A stretch of 63,393 nt of DNA, filler included, from Sphacelaria rigidula (taxonomy: Eukaryota): assembly GCA_964200075.2 (NCBI GenBank). It is 6 parts of 6 records of this genome, joined end to end, with 100 filler letters (N's around TTAATTAATTAA, not from the genome) between each part and the next. Parts side by side here need not be neighbours in the genome. Positions count along the whole stretch, not along the records: positions 10,584 to 21,066 come from CAXNAA020006420.1; positions 21,167 to 31,648 come from CAXNAA020006421.1; 4 more parts are not named here. One strand, written 5' to 3'. The position numbers were made by a program, and so were the translations under genes. Below are positions 12,564 through 25,125 of the stretch, piece after piece. Under the pieces are notes generated by a model. That model worked only from the letters and a program-made list of their open reading frames with translations. It was not told the DNA's origin and did not search any database. Position 1 is the stretch's first letter. Each line of letters starts with the position of its first letter.

Positions 12564-14680
12564 CTAAGTGGCCCGGGAAAATGCGACGTGCGGCGAGCCT
12601 GGATCGACCTTCCCACTCGGCGGTTTCCGAACATCGAGAATAATGCTCCTGATTTGAAGAGAGACAGAAGGCGGAGCGGGGTCAGGGACAAAATGTGTGC
12701 CGAATTTGGGAAGATCAACAAAAAAATGGTTTTTATGTGAGAAAAAATGTTCAAGTGCCAACACAAATGATGAAAGTCATGGGCGGTGTGTTGGAGGTAG
12801 CACACGATCCTACTGTTTGAGGCACTCACTTCAAGGTTAAGCCCTGTGATCTGTAGACGGAGCTGAGGCACCCTGGAGTGAGGGGTAGCTGCTTCCGCTT
12901 GACGCTGTATTTCCGGCTGTTTTTGGCGGTGACGTAAAACGTCTTCTCCGTAGGAGCGACCGCGATGACACCTCTAGGGAGACCCTCAAGCTTTGAGCCA
13001 GCCTCATCGGCTGATTTCAAATACACGAGGACCTTGATGGGATGGTACTTCAAGCGGTAGACGCTGTATCCCGCAGTCTCTGTCTGAAGGTATTATTCTC
13101 TCTCGTCGAGCTCGATGCCGTATACGACGCCGTCGCTGTTGTTGCAGACGCCAAGAAGGACGTACTGTGGGGACTTGTGGAGCACAACCGGAGCTCCTAT
13201 CGCTAGTCAGGCAAAACGAGGAAAGTCTTCCGTTGCTCCGGCGTCAAGAGAGTTGACCTCATCTCGTAGCCCCGATGGTCAGGGAAAGCCGTTGGGAGGT
13301 ACCTAACGTGTTAGGAATAGTCGGAAGATGTGTTATGTAGATGCAGGTGACGAAGACGAAAAAAGAGAACCGAGTACGATGTTACAAAAAGCACCACGTG
13401 ACGAAGGGGGGAGCGTTCAAATTACATAGTAATACCTGGTTGTTTCGCCGCCGGCCGCGTTTGGCAATTCCGACGTATTTGTCCTCACATGCCGCCACGA
13501 GAAGCGGGGTATCGTTCGCTTGGCACCAAAATCGAATCATGAGGAGCGTGAGAGCGGCATTGACCTGTGATTGGCGCGATGTAGGAGACAAAAAAAAATG
13601 AACGTTGGGAATTTGCAGTGCGTGTTATCATTTTTGAGTCGAACGCTGCTGTACGAGGAAGGGTTGGAGCAAAAAGACCGGAATCCTCCATCACTTTGTT
13701 TCGAAACGTAATGACTTTCCCATCGAAAAAGTCGCTCGCGCTCGCCCCCGGCTTTCGGTTTAAGACACGGGTGTTGAAGGTATTCACGTCCGCTTGAGTG
13801 CACTTGTTGTGAAGCATACGATCCATCAGGGGAGCGTACGATGGGCTGAAGCGGTTGTTGCTCTCGAGCATGACGCAGGCGTTGATGGAAGAACGAAAGA
13901 GATCTGCGCCGTACTTGATCTTGATGGGCAAGTTCTTCCTCTGTCCGCTCACCCCAATGGCGAGGGTGGTGGCCTGCACGGGCCTGTATCAAAGGAAACG
14001 GACGGAAGCGAAGATGATTAGATTAGTCGAAACGAACGAGTGTCTGCAGGAACAACCTAGAAAGCAAGGGGACGAGTCGATTAGAAGAAACAACACGCCG
14101 GACTCACTCGAGCTGGTTGGAATCGCCGTAGAACACCATGATTAGATTGCCAAAGACATTGTCCTACTGCATGGGGAACATCTCCCCGGCGGCCTTGTGT
14201 ACGGAGAGGGCGAGCTCGCAGCCTATCATGGACACTTCTTCGAACACAAGAGTCACGGCGTTCTTCCAGTGAGATTGTTGGGCCGATGTTAAGCCCTGTT
14301 GACCTTGATGTTGGTTCGAGAGGTTTCCAGATTCTTTGTCGTTTTTCTTCTCCTTGTTGCCCGCCTCGCACGCGGAGTGTGCAGTGGTGCCACCTACAGC
14401 AGCCGCCTGCTTCCCTTGAAAAGCAATGGCCATAAAGCGCCCCTGTGGGATCAAGCCCCGAAGGGCGGGGCATTCGTTGAGGGTTTTCGTGGCTTTCAGG
14501 GTGTGCGATTTCCCTGACCTCGCTCCCCCTCCGAGGTACAACCTGAGCGAATCAGCATTGGAATCACGGCCTTTGGTCAGCATGCCATTGGCGAGATGAA
14601 AAAGGCTAGCCTTTGCTGCGGATGAAGGCCGTATTCATCGGCGAGCCTCTGAGCTACAACGTGTTGGGAGGGAATGTAGG
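12564..14680 (-). pseudogene. Helitron Pif1-family helicase (spliced, decayed)
   Basis: LYLGGGARSGKSH (Walker A), VFEEVSMIG (Walker B), FYGDSNQLE, VMLESNNRF, RKQLPLTPGCLSSVYRSQGLTL, HVAFSRAT; GT-AG intron 12829-12649. Confidence 0.92.
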
Positions 14681-16469
14681 CTCCGATGTGGGAGCGCGCC
14701 GCTTCTTCGTTGTTTCGATCACGCCGAGCGGTGTCGACCCTAATCTGCGAGGACGACTTTCCCCGGGACGTGCCTTTGCATAGCTGCATGATGTACGGTT
14801 CCAGCGCAGCCGCGTCGAAGGTGCGGGAGGTGGTCCTCGTGGTCGTACGCGAGGCAGTCGCGGTGTCGTCGCCCAGTGATGCCACGCGGTTGCCGTCCAT
14901 CATTTCGAATGTATTTTCTTGTCGTGCCATGTACGCCTTCACCCTTTCGCCCGAGGAGCTGGTTATCCTTGACAAGTCTGCGTGAAAGTCTTCAGAACTT
15001 CTCCCCGCAACGGGATCGGAGGGTGCGCCCGCCGGTGAGCTGTCGTGTCTCAGAAAGCCTGCATGCACGAAGGCGTCTACGGCGTCGGCGACGAAAAGGC
15101 TCGTGAGGAGGCGCCCCTGGCTGTATTCGATGACGCTGTTGCCCTCGAGGTCGCTGCCGTCTTCTCCACCGGCGTCTAAGTAATGCTCATCGTCCTCCTC
15201 ATCCGTGCCACCGCCATTTCCCCCGACCCTGGACACAGCTGCAGCATCATGTTCTCTCCTACGTCCTTCCTCGTCCGCTGCAAGCTGCTGACGAAGCATG
15301 GCGGCGATGTTCAGCCGGAACGGCTTCGTCCGCCTGTCCCACAAACCATGTTCATCGACCCGCTCCATTGCCTCTGGCCAAGATTCGTCGATCCCGTTCA
15401 GATCGTCCAAATCGAAAAAGGGCTTGAAGAGGCAGAGAAGCAAGCGACAGTGCTTCACCTTTTGTGTGTCTATGCGAGGTACATATGTCATGATGTTCGG
15501 GGTCATTGGTGTCTGGCGCATAATCTGAGTACATTTTACGGGAGGGGCAAGGTATGAGGGGAAAGCATGGAACATGTGTTATTCACGCGAAAATCTGTTT
15601 GGAAATTTATGTTTTTATGTTGTACATCTGTATGATATGCGTGTGGATGAATGTCCAACGAAAGCCCGAGACGGAGAGGGCGAGAATTGTAGGGAGTCGA
15701 TGAAAAATCTGAGACAGCAGTGGATAAGATAAGGGCAACAAAGTATATCTCACCTGTACCCAAAGTTTCCGGTAGGGCCCGACGAGGTCGTATCGCTCAG
15801 ACGAGGGCCGCCCCCTCCGTCTTGGCGCGGGCGAGGTGTCCTCCAGGTCGTCACCGGAAGGCTCGTCTTCGCTGCCGGTTCCGTCCTCGTTGTCCTCATC
15901 GTCCTCATGACTGATGCTGTTGTCTGTACGGCTGGTGGTGGTGGACTTCTTGTTGGGTTTGTAGCGCTCCGTCCGCACAAGCCTATGCCAGACGAAATAG
16001 CTTATGCCGTGAAGGGGGTGACCCGTGTCTTCAGGATCGCAGCGGTGCCAGTAGAGAACGTAGCCTCGTTGGTTGACATGTAGCTTCCCTCCCACAGTAC
16101 ATACCACAACGCCCATGTCGTCGTCGGAGTCCTCGCTGTCGGAATCACGGTCGCGGTCGCCATCCTCCCTCTCTTCTTCTGAGTCGCCGCCGCCCTCGTC
16201 ACCTTCATCCTTGTCCCGCGAAGATGCCCAGGCAAGCAACGGACGCGTGGGACAGTCAGTAGTAGGGTGCGAGATCTTCGCAACAGGGAAGCCGAAGACC
16301 TTGCTAGCCACCGCTGGCCCCCCGATGTTGAGGCTGGTAAGCTGCTTGAACAGGCAGGATCTCACCATCCGAACGGCTACCTCCTTCGCCGATTCCTCGG
16401 GCCTCTGATCGCGAATTCGCTCGACGACCGGCGGAAGGAGCGGCAGAAGAACGTCGATCGTTTGCTCGG

Positions 16470-19400
16470 TCTTTGTGGGGTAGTTGAGAACGTAGTGAAA
16501 ATTCCCTTGGCGTTGCTGTCGCTGAGCAACGGTTTCAAGTCCGTGTTCGAACGGAGGAGGAAAAGAATGATGAAATTGTAAGGATTCACGTGCGTATGGA
16601 GCCGCCTGAGGTTGGCGGTAAATCGCTCCGCCTTGGTGCTGTCCGAGTCGCTGTCGTCGAGGCTAGAGATGCAGGAGTCGAAAGCATCCTGAAATGCCCG
16701 TGCCTCGACCATGCCGGCTGCGGTGGAAGGGTCGCCTAGCGGGTACACCACACCCTTTATCGTCATGCTCCCATCGATATGAAAAACACACGGGCCACGA
16801 GCGACCGTGGTCTCTGCTTCCAGCGCTTTCCCATCATCACCGTACCTGAGCCTAGTTTAACATGAAATGACCATGATGTATCGACGAAATAAATGCAGAG
16901 CGTGCGAATCATCGGCGGTTGTGTCGTGAGACACAGGTGACACATGAAACGGCGAAGGGACGGGCACTTACACACATAGCTGATGATCACGTGCGAATAT
17001 CTAACTTTTCCCGCGATATTCTCTCGGTTCCGACAAAAGCGGCTGCACTGCGGTGGAGATTTGTCATAGTCCACGCGCTGTGCGTGATTTATATTGTCTA
17101 ACATGAGACAAGCTGGCGATTTTGTTGATGTTTGCGCAGAGTAGTTTTGTGGGGAAGACGGAAAAAAACAAAAAATGAGGCGGAACAGAACTCCGAAGAG
17201 GAACATGTTTGAAGTTTAGAACCAAATCTTTAACAGCAGCTCACCGGCACGAGTCTCGATGATTGTACTTGTAGCAAGTCGCCTGGCAGGAGTGAAGGTT
17301 GACCGCAGGAACAAGCTCAGCCAGATCAGGGTACATCAGCCGAGCGTAGGCGTCGTCGTGAACCATGCAGCGGTTCTCATTAACACGGGGGAAGCACTCC
17401 GCTGGTGGTGCCCGAGCCAGGCGCTGCCTGGCATCGATGATGAACGGGTCTTGAGCCTGCTCCTCCAAGGCAGGTTGTTCCTGGAAGGAAGCCAATGCAC
17501 CCGCTGTTCCACGTCCATGCAGAGCCACGTCAACGTCAGCTATAGTGGCGACCTGGTTGATAACCCGCTCCGGAAATTGCGCCAGCTTGCCGTACTTCTC
17601 CGGGGATTTGTCGAGAAGAGCACGGAAGGAGTCAAAGTCCGAATACCCGTACACCCAGCAAATCGCGTGGCAATGCAGCATCAGACTTTTTTCGTCCTCG
17701 GTCATGGCGACGTACGCCTTGCAGCGTCCAAGAAAACCTCCGTCCGAGTCCTTCGCTCCAAATCGAAGCAGGCAGGTAAAGACGGCCTCCGTGACAGAGT
17801 GGTAGAAGAACGCCGAGGCGACGTGGTCAGCAGCTACCACCTGCAGGCGCTTGGCGTAGTCCGGGTACTCCGCCTTCAAGCGGCTTGTAACACAACCTCA
17901 ATGCCCGCCATCCTTAGCACTATCGGGCTGTTGTCATCAGAAGGTGAAAAGGTCAGCCACCGGAGGGGTTGCCCAAAGCTGATGGTTAAAGATATCGCTA
18001 TCATACGTGTGGTCCTCTTGTTGTAGATGGACCACGGAGTGCCAGCGTGTGCCGACTGCATCGATGTGATGAGCGCCCGCACTGCAGGTTGATTGGCGAG
18101 GACAGACCAAGGCCCAGTACCCTGCTCCATCTCCTTTGCAGCGGCCCCGAGATCCGCCGGAGTAACGTTCGCGAGAAGTTCGGCCGTCCTGCGAGAGACT
18201 CTGCCTGAGAGCTTCCAACGAGCGCTCTTGATCGCCTCCCTCCTGAAGAGCAGAGCACAGATGCAGAAAAGGTAGCTCTTGTGCTTCCTGAAGCGGGGGT
18301 CCCGTTGAAGCATGGTTATCTGGCAAAAAGTCCTGAAAGCTGATAGGCCGCCTCCTCTCATCCAGGTGACCGCCGACGTCATGAGGGAAGAGGTGGGGAA
18401 AAGCTCCGGGAAATAGCCGGTTGTTGTAAAAATCAGCCAGCATGCGCCCTGTGTGAGTGATGACAAGCGCGTTCTCGGGGAGGACGGGAGGAACTCTACC
18501 TGTTCGCGCCGCCTCCTCGGCGTTTCGAGGCAAGGAAGCAGCGACAGTACTGTCTGTAACAACTCCAGCAGCAGCCTCGTTCATCGCCGACCGAAGAATG
18601 CCAAGGCGAGTTGACCTCGAACTGTCAGATTTCGCCAAGTCCTCTCCCGTCTGCATGACTCCTCTCGTGCTGATCACGCAGGGTGCAGGAACGCTGTTGG
18701 TGTTGCTCCCGTGATCCTCATCGCTGTTGTCGTCTTCTTCCCGAGACTCGGAATCGGCTGCACCGTTGCTACCGGCGCCACTGCCACTGCTGCTGCCGCT
18801 AGGGACTGTCTCCAGCTCAAGGTTTCCCTGAGCGTGCGTCGAATGAGAATCCGCCACGGCGTTACCTCGATCGGCGACAGGGAACAGACGGTCAAGAATT
18901 GCCTTGGGAACAGACCCATCCTTGGGATACGACTCAAGACTGTCGCCCGATCTCTGAGCTGCCCGGGCAAGCTCATGCACTCCCACCAGTCGGTTGTCCG
19001 CATCTAACACAAACTGGATGATCCTCTCCACGATTCCCTTCCGCGCACCAAACAAGCGTCGCAGTTGTTCTTCCGTAGCCTTACTTCCGACCAGAGCACA
19101 GGCGAACGACCCCGCGATATCAGTGGCGCACCGAGGAAGATTCTGCGCGATGGCATACGAGTCCTGGAGGTAGAACGTAAAGCTTCCGCGCATCAAGGTC
19201 TTCGCCGAACGAGGCACGCCACGAACCTTGAATTCTTGCAACGCAACGACAGTTCCACTTATTCTCACCGTGCTCGCCGCCAAGATCTCAATCCAACTCG
19301 CATCAAACGGGAAGTTTCCGAACCAAAAACCGTTCGCCTTGGCCGCCTTGGGCGTTCAGTTCTTCTTGAGGTCGGAGTAACAGGTAGAGCAAACACGCAG

Positions 19401-19620
19401 GCGGTGCGGCGCGGTGGCCTCAAAGCTCTCCCGCTCTAGAACCAAGCGGTCGAGGAGCCTGGCACTGTCGCCGGGGTAGTTGAAAAACAGGTGGTTCACG
19501 TTGTCGCAGTGGAGGAGCTTCTGGTCGGCAATGAGCAATTTCCTGTTGGGCAACTCCTCCGGCTTGAGCCAGGTGCAGGCTGCTAAAGTGCAAAGAAGAT
19601 CACAAACAGCACTCGAAACA
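16470..19620 (-). pseudogene. Helitron Rep region (DUF6570, Helitron_like_N and HUH endonuclease motifs)
   Basis: VCSTCYSDLKKN*TPKAAKANGFWFG; AFPHLFPHDVGG; DPRFRKHKSYLF; PLRWLTFSPSD (motif 1); TEDEKSLMLHCHAICWV (motif 2); HSCQATCYKY; NPYNFIILFLLRSNTDLK; YVLNYPTK (motif 3, frameshifted); stops and frameshifts throughout. Confidence 0.9.
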
Positions 19621-19753
19621 CTGCGAAAACGGGACAAAGACGTGGACGGCCCCGAATAACAAAAATATCGGGAAGTAACGTTGTTGAGTCAAAGCACTCC
19701 ACTTCACATGGGGTGCATAAAAAGTATTTTTTTGTAAAAGAAATGCAACACGA

Positions 19754-20001
19754 GACACTTTCTACGATACCCCCCCCCCCCCCCCCCAAAACCCCCAAAA
19801 AAGTCGCGAAAAAAAAGGCCAAAAAAACCCCGATGTTTGGGGTTAGGGTGCATGAAAGGGGTTATTTTGGGGNNNNNNNNNNCAAGCGTGGGAATTCCCA
19901 GCTTCTCGGTGTGCTCGGCTTTTCCTATCTCGATTTACGTAGAGATTTTGGCTCCCAAAACCATGCACTTTTGGGGGAGGGGGGCTATCGTAGAAAGTGT
20001 C
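19754..20001. mobile_element. MITE family C (TIR GACACTTTCTACGATA-polyC) with 4-bp TSD ACGA, inserted in the Helitron
   Basis: ACGA|GACACTTTCTACGATA...TATCGTAGAAAGTGTC|ACGA; contains a 10-N gap. Confidence 0.9.
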
Positions 20002-21066
20002 ACGATATACACACGATAAAGAGACACAAAAGTGGGCGCATGATACCTGCGGTACGAGAAGAACAACAAGATCAGGAATCAAGATTGAGTCCAGGCAGTG
20101 TACTTCACACGGGGCGCATAAAAAGTCGTTTTGCACACAAGAAAGCTAACATAATACATAGGAAACAGATACAACAAGATCAGGAATCAAGGTTAAGTCC
20201 AGGCAGTGTACTTCACACGGGGCGACTGGGCATGATAACCTGCGACACGACCCTACAATCTGAGCGACGTAGTCCGAAACACATTTTTGCAGCCGAGACG
20301 GATGAATTACGTCGTCAAAGAGGTGCAGGGGTCGATCGTAGCCGTCCTCGAGACCGTCAGGGTGATCGCATGCCAAAACTGGTTTGTCTTTGAGGATGGG
20401 TAAGGGCCCCCGAGCTCGCCTGCAAGATGAATAGGAAGGGAAATCTTAGCATACAATATGTAGAGTATGATCTAGCTACTAAAGAAGGGAAGTAGCCGAC
20501 TTAGGGTTACTGTCACACACGGCAATTATTACCTTTTTTGTGTAGGAGCTGTAGATCTTTGCTCTCGCCGCTCACTGTTAACTCTGTCTCGCTCGGCAGC
20601 TCTCTGATCTCTGCGCGCACTGTTGTTCCTCTTGCGCTCGGCATTGCTGTGAAGGGATATTTGGTAGGGTGGGGAACGAAATAAACACTGTTTTGCCATG
20701 ATCATATGTTTCAAAGTACGCTGTTTCTCGGGTACAAATAACAGAGTAGGTACTGCTGTACGCATAGCATGTGTCTTCGTTTAAAGTTGACGCAAGGACA
20801 CCCCTTATCGAAGCTCTCTGCTCTCTGCGCGCACTGTTGTTCCTGTCGCGGTCGGCATCGCTGTGGCAGGGGGGAACAGATGAACAGCGGAGGATGAACG
20901 TTGCAATTTTTAAGGGGAAAAGGAAATAAGCACTGTGTAGTCATGAGCATCAACGCTGCAGCTTTTCAAGGGAAAAAAGTAAATAAACACTGTTTAGCTA
21001 TTAACAGCCGATTTTCGAAAATGGGGTTGAAAAACAAAATGAGGTTCAACTCAAACGCCGTGCTTT

Positions 21067-21166
21067 NNNNNNNNNNNNNNNNNNNNNNNNNNNNNNNNNN
21101 NNNNNNNNNNTTAATTAATTAANNNNNNNNNNNNNNNNNNNNNNNNNNNNNNNNNNNNNNNNNNNN
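21067..21166. other. Artificial scaffold linker
   Basis: Same N/TTAATTAATTAA/N structure. Confidence 0.97.
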
Positions 21167-21572
21167 TGGGGATGGATTTTTTATTGGGGATGAGAAACCC
21201 GGAGAAATAAAATCTTCGTATCCACACCAAATCTTCGAAATATGGTTCTATTTCTTCACCTACTGATAGCTATTGACAACTGCTACACGCCATGGAAATT
21301 TGGATTTTGATCACCGAAATGTTGGGGCCCTAGGTGAAAAAAACGAATTCGGAACTATTTTGGCGTCCGTTCGAACATCAGGAATTCCCCAAAATTGTTT
21401 TTTCACCTAGGACCCCAATATTTTGGTGATCCAAATCCAAATTCCTACGGCGTGCAGCAGTTGTCGATAGTTATCAGTAGGTGGAGAAATGGAAGCGTAT
21501 TTCGAAAATTTGGTGTAGATACGAAGATTTAATTCTCCGGGTTTCTCATCCCCAATAAAAGATCCATTCCCA
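21167..21572. mobile_element. Foldback (almost fully palindromic) MITE, ~400 bp
   Basis: The two halves are reverse complements about a centre near 21370; same family as 54173-54616. Confidence 0.88.
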
Positions 21573-21600
21573 ATTTGTAAGATCCCGTGTTGTTTTCGTT

Positions 21601-22071
21601 GAGATCGGCGCCACAGGCGCCGATTTGGGGACTACCAAGGCCGCACTTCGCCGAGGCAATATATGTTTCACCCTTGCCCGAGGGTGCTCGGTATGCGTTG
21701 GATTGGGGTCAGGGTTAGCGATACTTGTAAAATTGAGTCACCCATTCTAAAACGTAGACTAAAAACGGTCAACCCTTGGACCGCGGTGCGGGTAGTCCAT
21801 CCGGAGTACGCATACTTTTTTCAAGTGAAAATCGATGCCGATTCAGTAGGTGACCTACCCTCGCGGTCTGAGGAAGGGGACCTAGGGGAATGTTCGTGGA
21901 TGATGGTTGATGGGGAACATAATGGAATGTTGCAAACTAACACTAACACTAACCCTGACCCTGACCCCGACCGAAGGCGTATGAGACCCTCGGGCGAGGA
22001 GGGTGCATAGATTTCCCTAGGCAAAGTGTGCGTTGGCAGACTTCAAACCGTCGCGGCAGGCGCCGATTTCG
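21601..22071. mobile_element. Inverted-repeat element (~115-bp arms ending in telomere-like GGGTTA/TAACCC repeats) containing a piggyBac-like mini-element at 21773-21874
   Basis: 21601-21718 resembles the reverse complement of 21948-22071; the insert matches 41440-41538. Confidence 0.6.
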
Positions 22072-24116
22072 ACAAAAATACGTTCTGGATGAGCTGGATC
22101 CACTGCTTACCTGCCCCAAACCATATTTATTTTCAGAACTTTATCAAGTCTACAATCGAGGGGGCATCCCTGTCAACCATTGTGTACTAACATTTCTTCA
22201 GATCTATTGCTCTAGGGATCATGCAACCGGCCTCTTATTACGCTACAACCCAACGTGTCGTGTAACAATTTGAAAGGAGCATGTGACCGCCGTTCGAATA
22301 AACTGGTCACTCTCAATCATATCTTCAACTCTCAATCTCACAAAAACATTGTTTTTTACGATCCCACGGTTTCTCTTGTACAAAACACTTTGATTCTGTG
22401 ACATCGAGTGCGCAAGACTGGCCAAATATGTTCACGCGCTTTCAACTGTATTTTCTCGACTCCGGTTCCATGCGGCAAAGGGCAAAATAATCGCGGTTTA
22501 GGTCTCAGTCGTGGTGAAATGTGTGAACAACTGCTCACCCTCCCCGTTTTTAATCACGGCTAGAGGACGTCTCAACAAGGCATACTCAAAACCTTAAACA
22601 AGAGCACTTTTCCCTCCCCAAGCTCGCAACGGGGGGACACGAAGCCAGGGGAAGATACACTCGCATTTTCCCCGCTTCTTCAAACACAAGAGCTGGGAGC
22701 GTGAAATGCGTGAGAAGACCGCGTGCTTAGAGGACCGCGCCGTAGTCAAAAACACCTCAGGATGGACGTTTGTCGAAACCAATCGGGCCGGTCCCTGTAG
22801 GTACCACGCCCCTGACCATAACCCTAACCCTAACTCTGACCCTAACCCTCACCATAGGAATGTTCAAATTCCGATGCGGCCCTCTGAGCACGCGACCCTC
22901 TCACGCATTACAAGCGGACCACATCTATCCTTGACCTTGTTGGGAGTCGATGTATCAGCTATCCGCGTTCACCATCATCGCACCGCCACATTTCCGCTGG
23001 TCTCGTCCGCCACCATCGCACCACCGTATGTCATCTCAAGAGCACCCATGCCATCAAGACCTATAGCTCGTAATGTATTCCCAGAAGAAATGATAAGGGG
23101 AACGCAGCACATGAGTGTCGATCTCCAAGTCTAGTAAAATATTTCAGTTTAAAACTCGCGCCTCAAAATGCTCAAGCGTGCGGGAAATCGAGTTGATTGT
23201 GCAACCTCCCCACCCATTAGTTGTAGAACGGCTTGTTGTGTGTACCTTGGCTCGAATCCAGTACATATCTTCATTCTATCCACCTTTCAGTCACTTTTCT
23301 TAACGATCAGTTGTGGTCAACAGTACAAAACACTGCAGCAATCTGTTGGTACCCAGAACAACTGATATTCCCGGCATATGACTATGAAGGAACGATCTTA
23401 TGTCACGCAGTCAACGAAGTTTCAACTCCAACATATTTCACTGAATGAGGATAAGGAAGTGATGGAACCAAATATTTCCGCACCTGCTCGAAAACAGCGA
23501 TGATCGCTTCCGTTGTGTCAACATCGCGAATACTAATATCTCCGCACGCGCACCCCAATAGCGTTTCATAAAACGCACACTGTGAGCCTCACACCGGAAC
23601 CGCATGATATTTATGTTCTTGCCCCCTACACCGACACACTGTTGTACTGCTCTGGTGGAACCAAAGCGGGATGAGCAGAGGTGCCCTGCCCTCCACCCTC
23701 GCTAACCTCAGCTTGAGAGTCATTACCTTTACTACCACTCATGGTGAGACCTTACGCTTTCAGACTGGCGCCTCACCTGGCAGACCAGATCGCACACTGG
23801 TTCACCCCGCGATTGTTTCAGGCTTCAGTCACCCCGGTCCAAACAGCACCGCCTGTCTGACCAATACGTTTATGATTACTCGCATAGCGCCAACTGCCGA
23901 GCCGGTAGGCACTCAAAAACAAGGCAGTTCACCATTTTCCTTGCTTTTCGTACCCAGCACATGGAGCACAAGTGAGGAGTATAGCCTCTGCCAGACGATC
24001 TGGACGAGAGGACTTCCAAGGAGGGACGCAACCAATTCAACGCCGGCGGAAACTGCATCAGCTCACTAGCGGTTTGAAGACGTCGTATATTGCTCAAACC
24101 TTGAAGACGGACGGGA

Positions 24117-24832
24117 TCATGCCAAACAGTACCCTTGGGGCAGCTTACCACACCAAACCACCTCGCGGGGGAAAAAGGTGCACTTATGCGCAGTGACGAA
24201 CAGACCAACACTGTCCAAGGGGCCAAGATTTTCGTCAAGCAAAGCTAACAATGCTTCCCCTGTTTCAGCAAAATAGAAACCGTCATCCATCCACACTTTA
24301 CAGTTTAGACCTCGCAAAATGTCAGTCAGTACACCTTGGAAATACGCCGTGGCGTTCAACACGCCCTGCGGGACACGAGTAGGCGTGAACAAACCGTCAG
24401 GCGTGACGATCGTGAAGATTTCCTGGGCCTCCGGCGCCAGAGGCATCTGCCAATACCCCTGTAGCAGGTCAAACTTGCCGAAGCATTGGGCTTCCAGCAA
24501 CTCCCGCATGTCTTCTTGGCTTGGCATCACCCGCGGAGACTATTCCACTTGCGTGTTCACCGCCTGATAGTCGCTGACCAACGTAATGTGTCCATCTTCG
24601 GCACCGCCATCGCCGGACTCGCCCCCACAGCCTGGATGTTCCTAACCACTAAACAAAACGCCACCAAAGCTGCGATGCATGAGGCAAGCCACCCGGTCTT
24701 CACCGGATCGTACCGGCTGGGCTTGGCCTTCACCACCTTTGCCTGTGGCTTGAGGTGCACCCTCATGGGCTCCACGCGCGCTGGCTTATCACCACGGAGC
24801 GCACGACGGAAGGTATCCACACGACAAGCCAA
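24117..24832 (-). pseudogene. Gypsy reverse transcriptase (frameshifted)
   Basis: ASPAMAVPK, KFDLLQGYWQ, VPQGVLNATAYFQ, WMDD motifs. Confidence 0.92.
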
Positions 24833-25125
24833 AAGATCACGCAGAAAATGTGCGCCATCTGCGCTCAGGCCCTTCTACTTGGCCTGTTGCACGCTATCGT
24901 CTAACGCACGTTCTCTTGCACCTCTCTCCTCCGCTGGGTCCATGAACATGTCGGGCCCCCGATTGACCAAGCGCTCCACCGCTTCATCCGCAGGAGCCTC
25001 CTCCTCATTGGCGTTCTGGAGTGACCGTGTGGACACGGTCACACGCCTCGCAGCAAGATAGCTGGGGTTTTCCACGCCGGTTTGCCCCGGATAGCACGCG
25101 GGTGTAGCTTATCCAACGCCAGCGG

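Larger units (their letters stand above)
10593..21049 (-). mobile_element. Helitron2/Helentron-type rolling-circle transposon (decayed, intron-containing RepHel with C-terminal USP-like domain)
   Basis: Ordered minus-strand DUF6570, HUH Rep motifs 1-3, Pif1 helicase motifs and a protease domain; imperfect 48-bp inverted repeats near both contig ends; boundaries inferred. Confidence 0.85.

Noticed and set aside
22900-23660. 3' LTR of the Gypsy element
   Set aside because: There is no clear PPT or TG...CA boundary and no second copy in the contig to confirm it.
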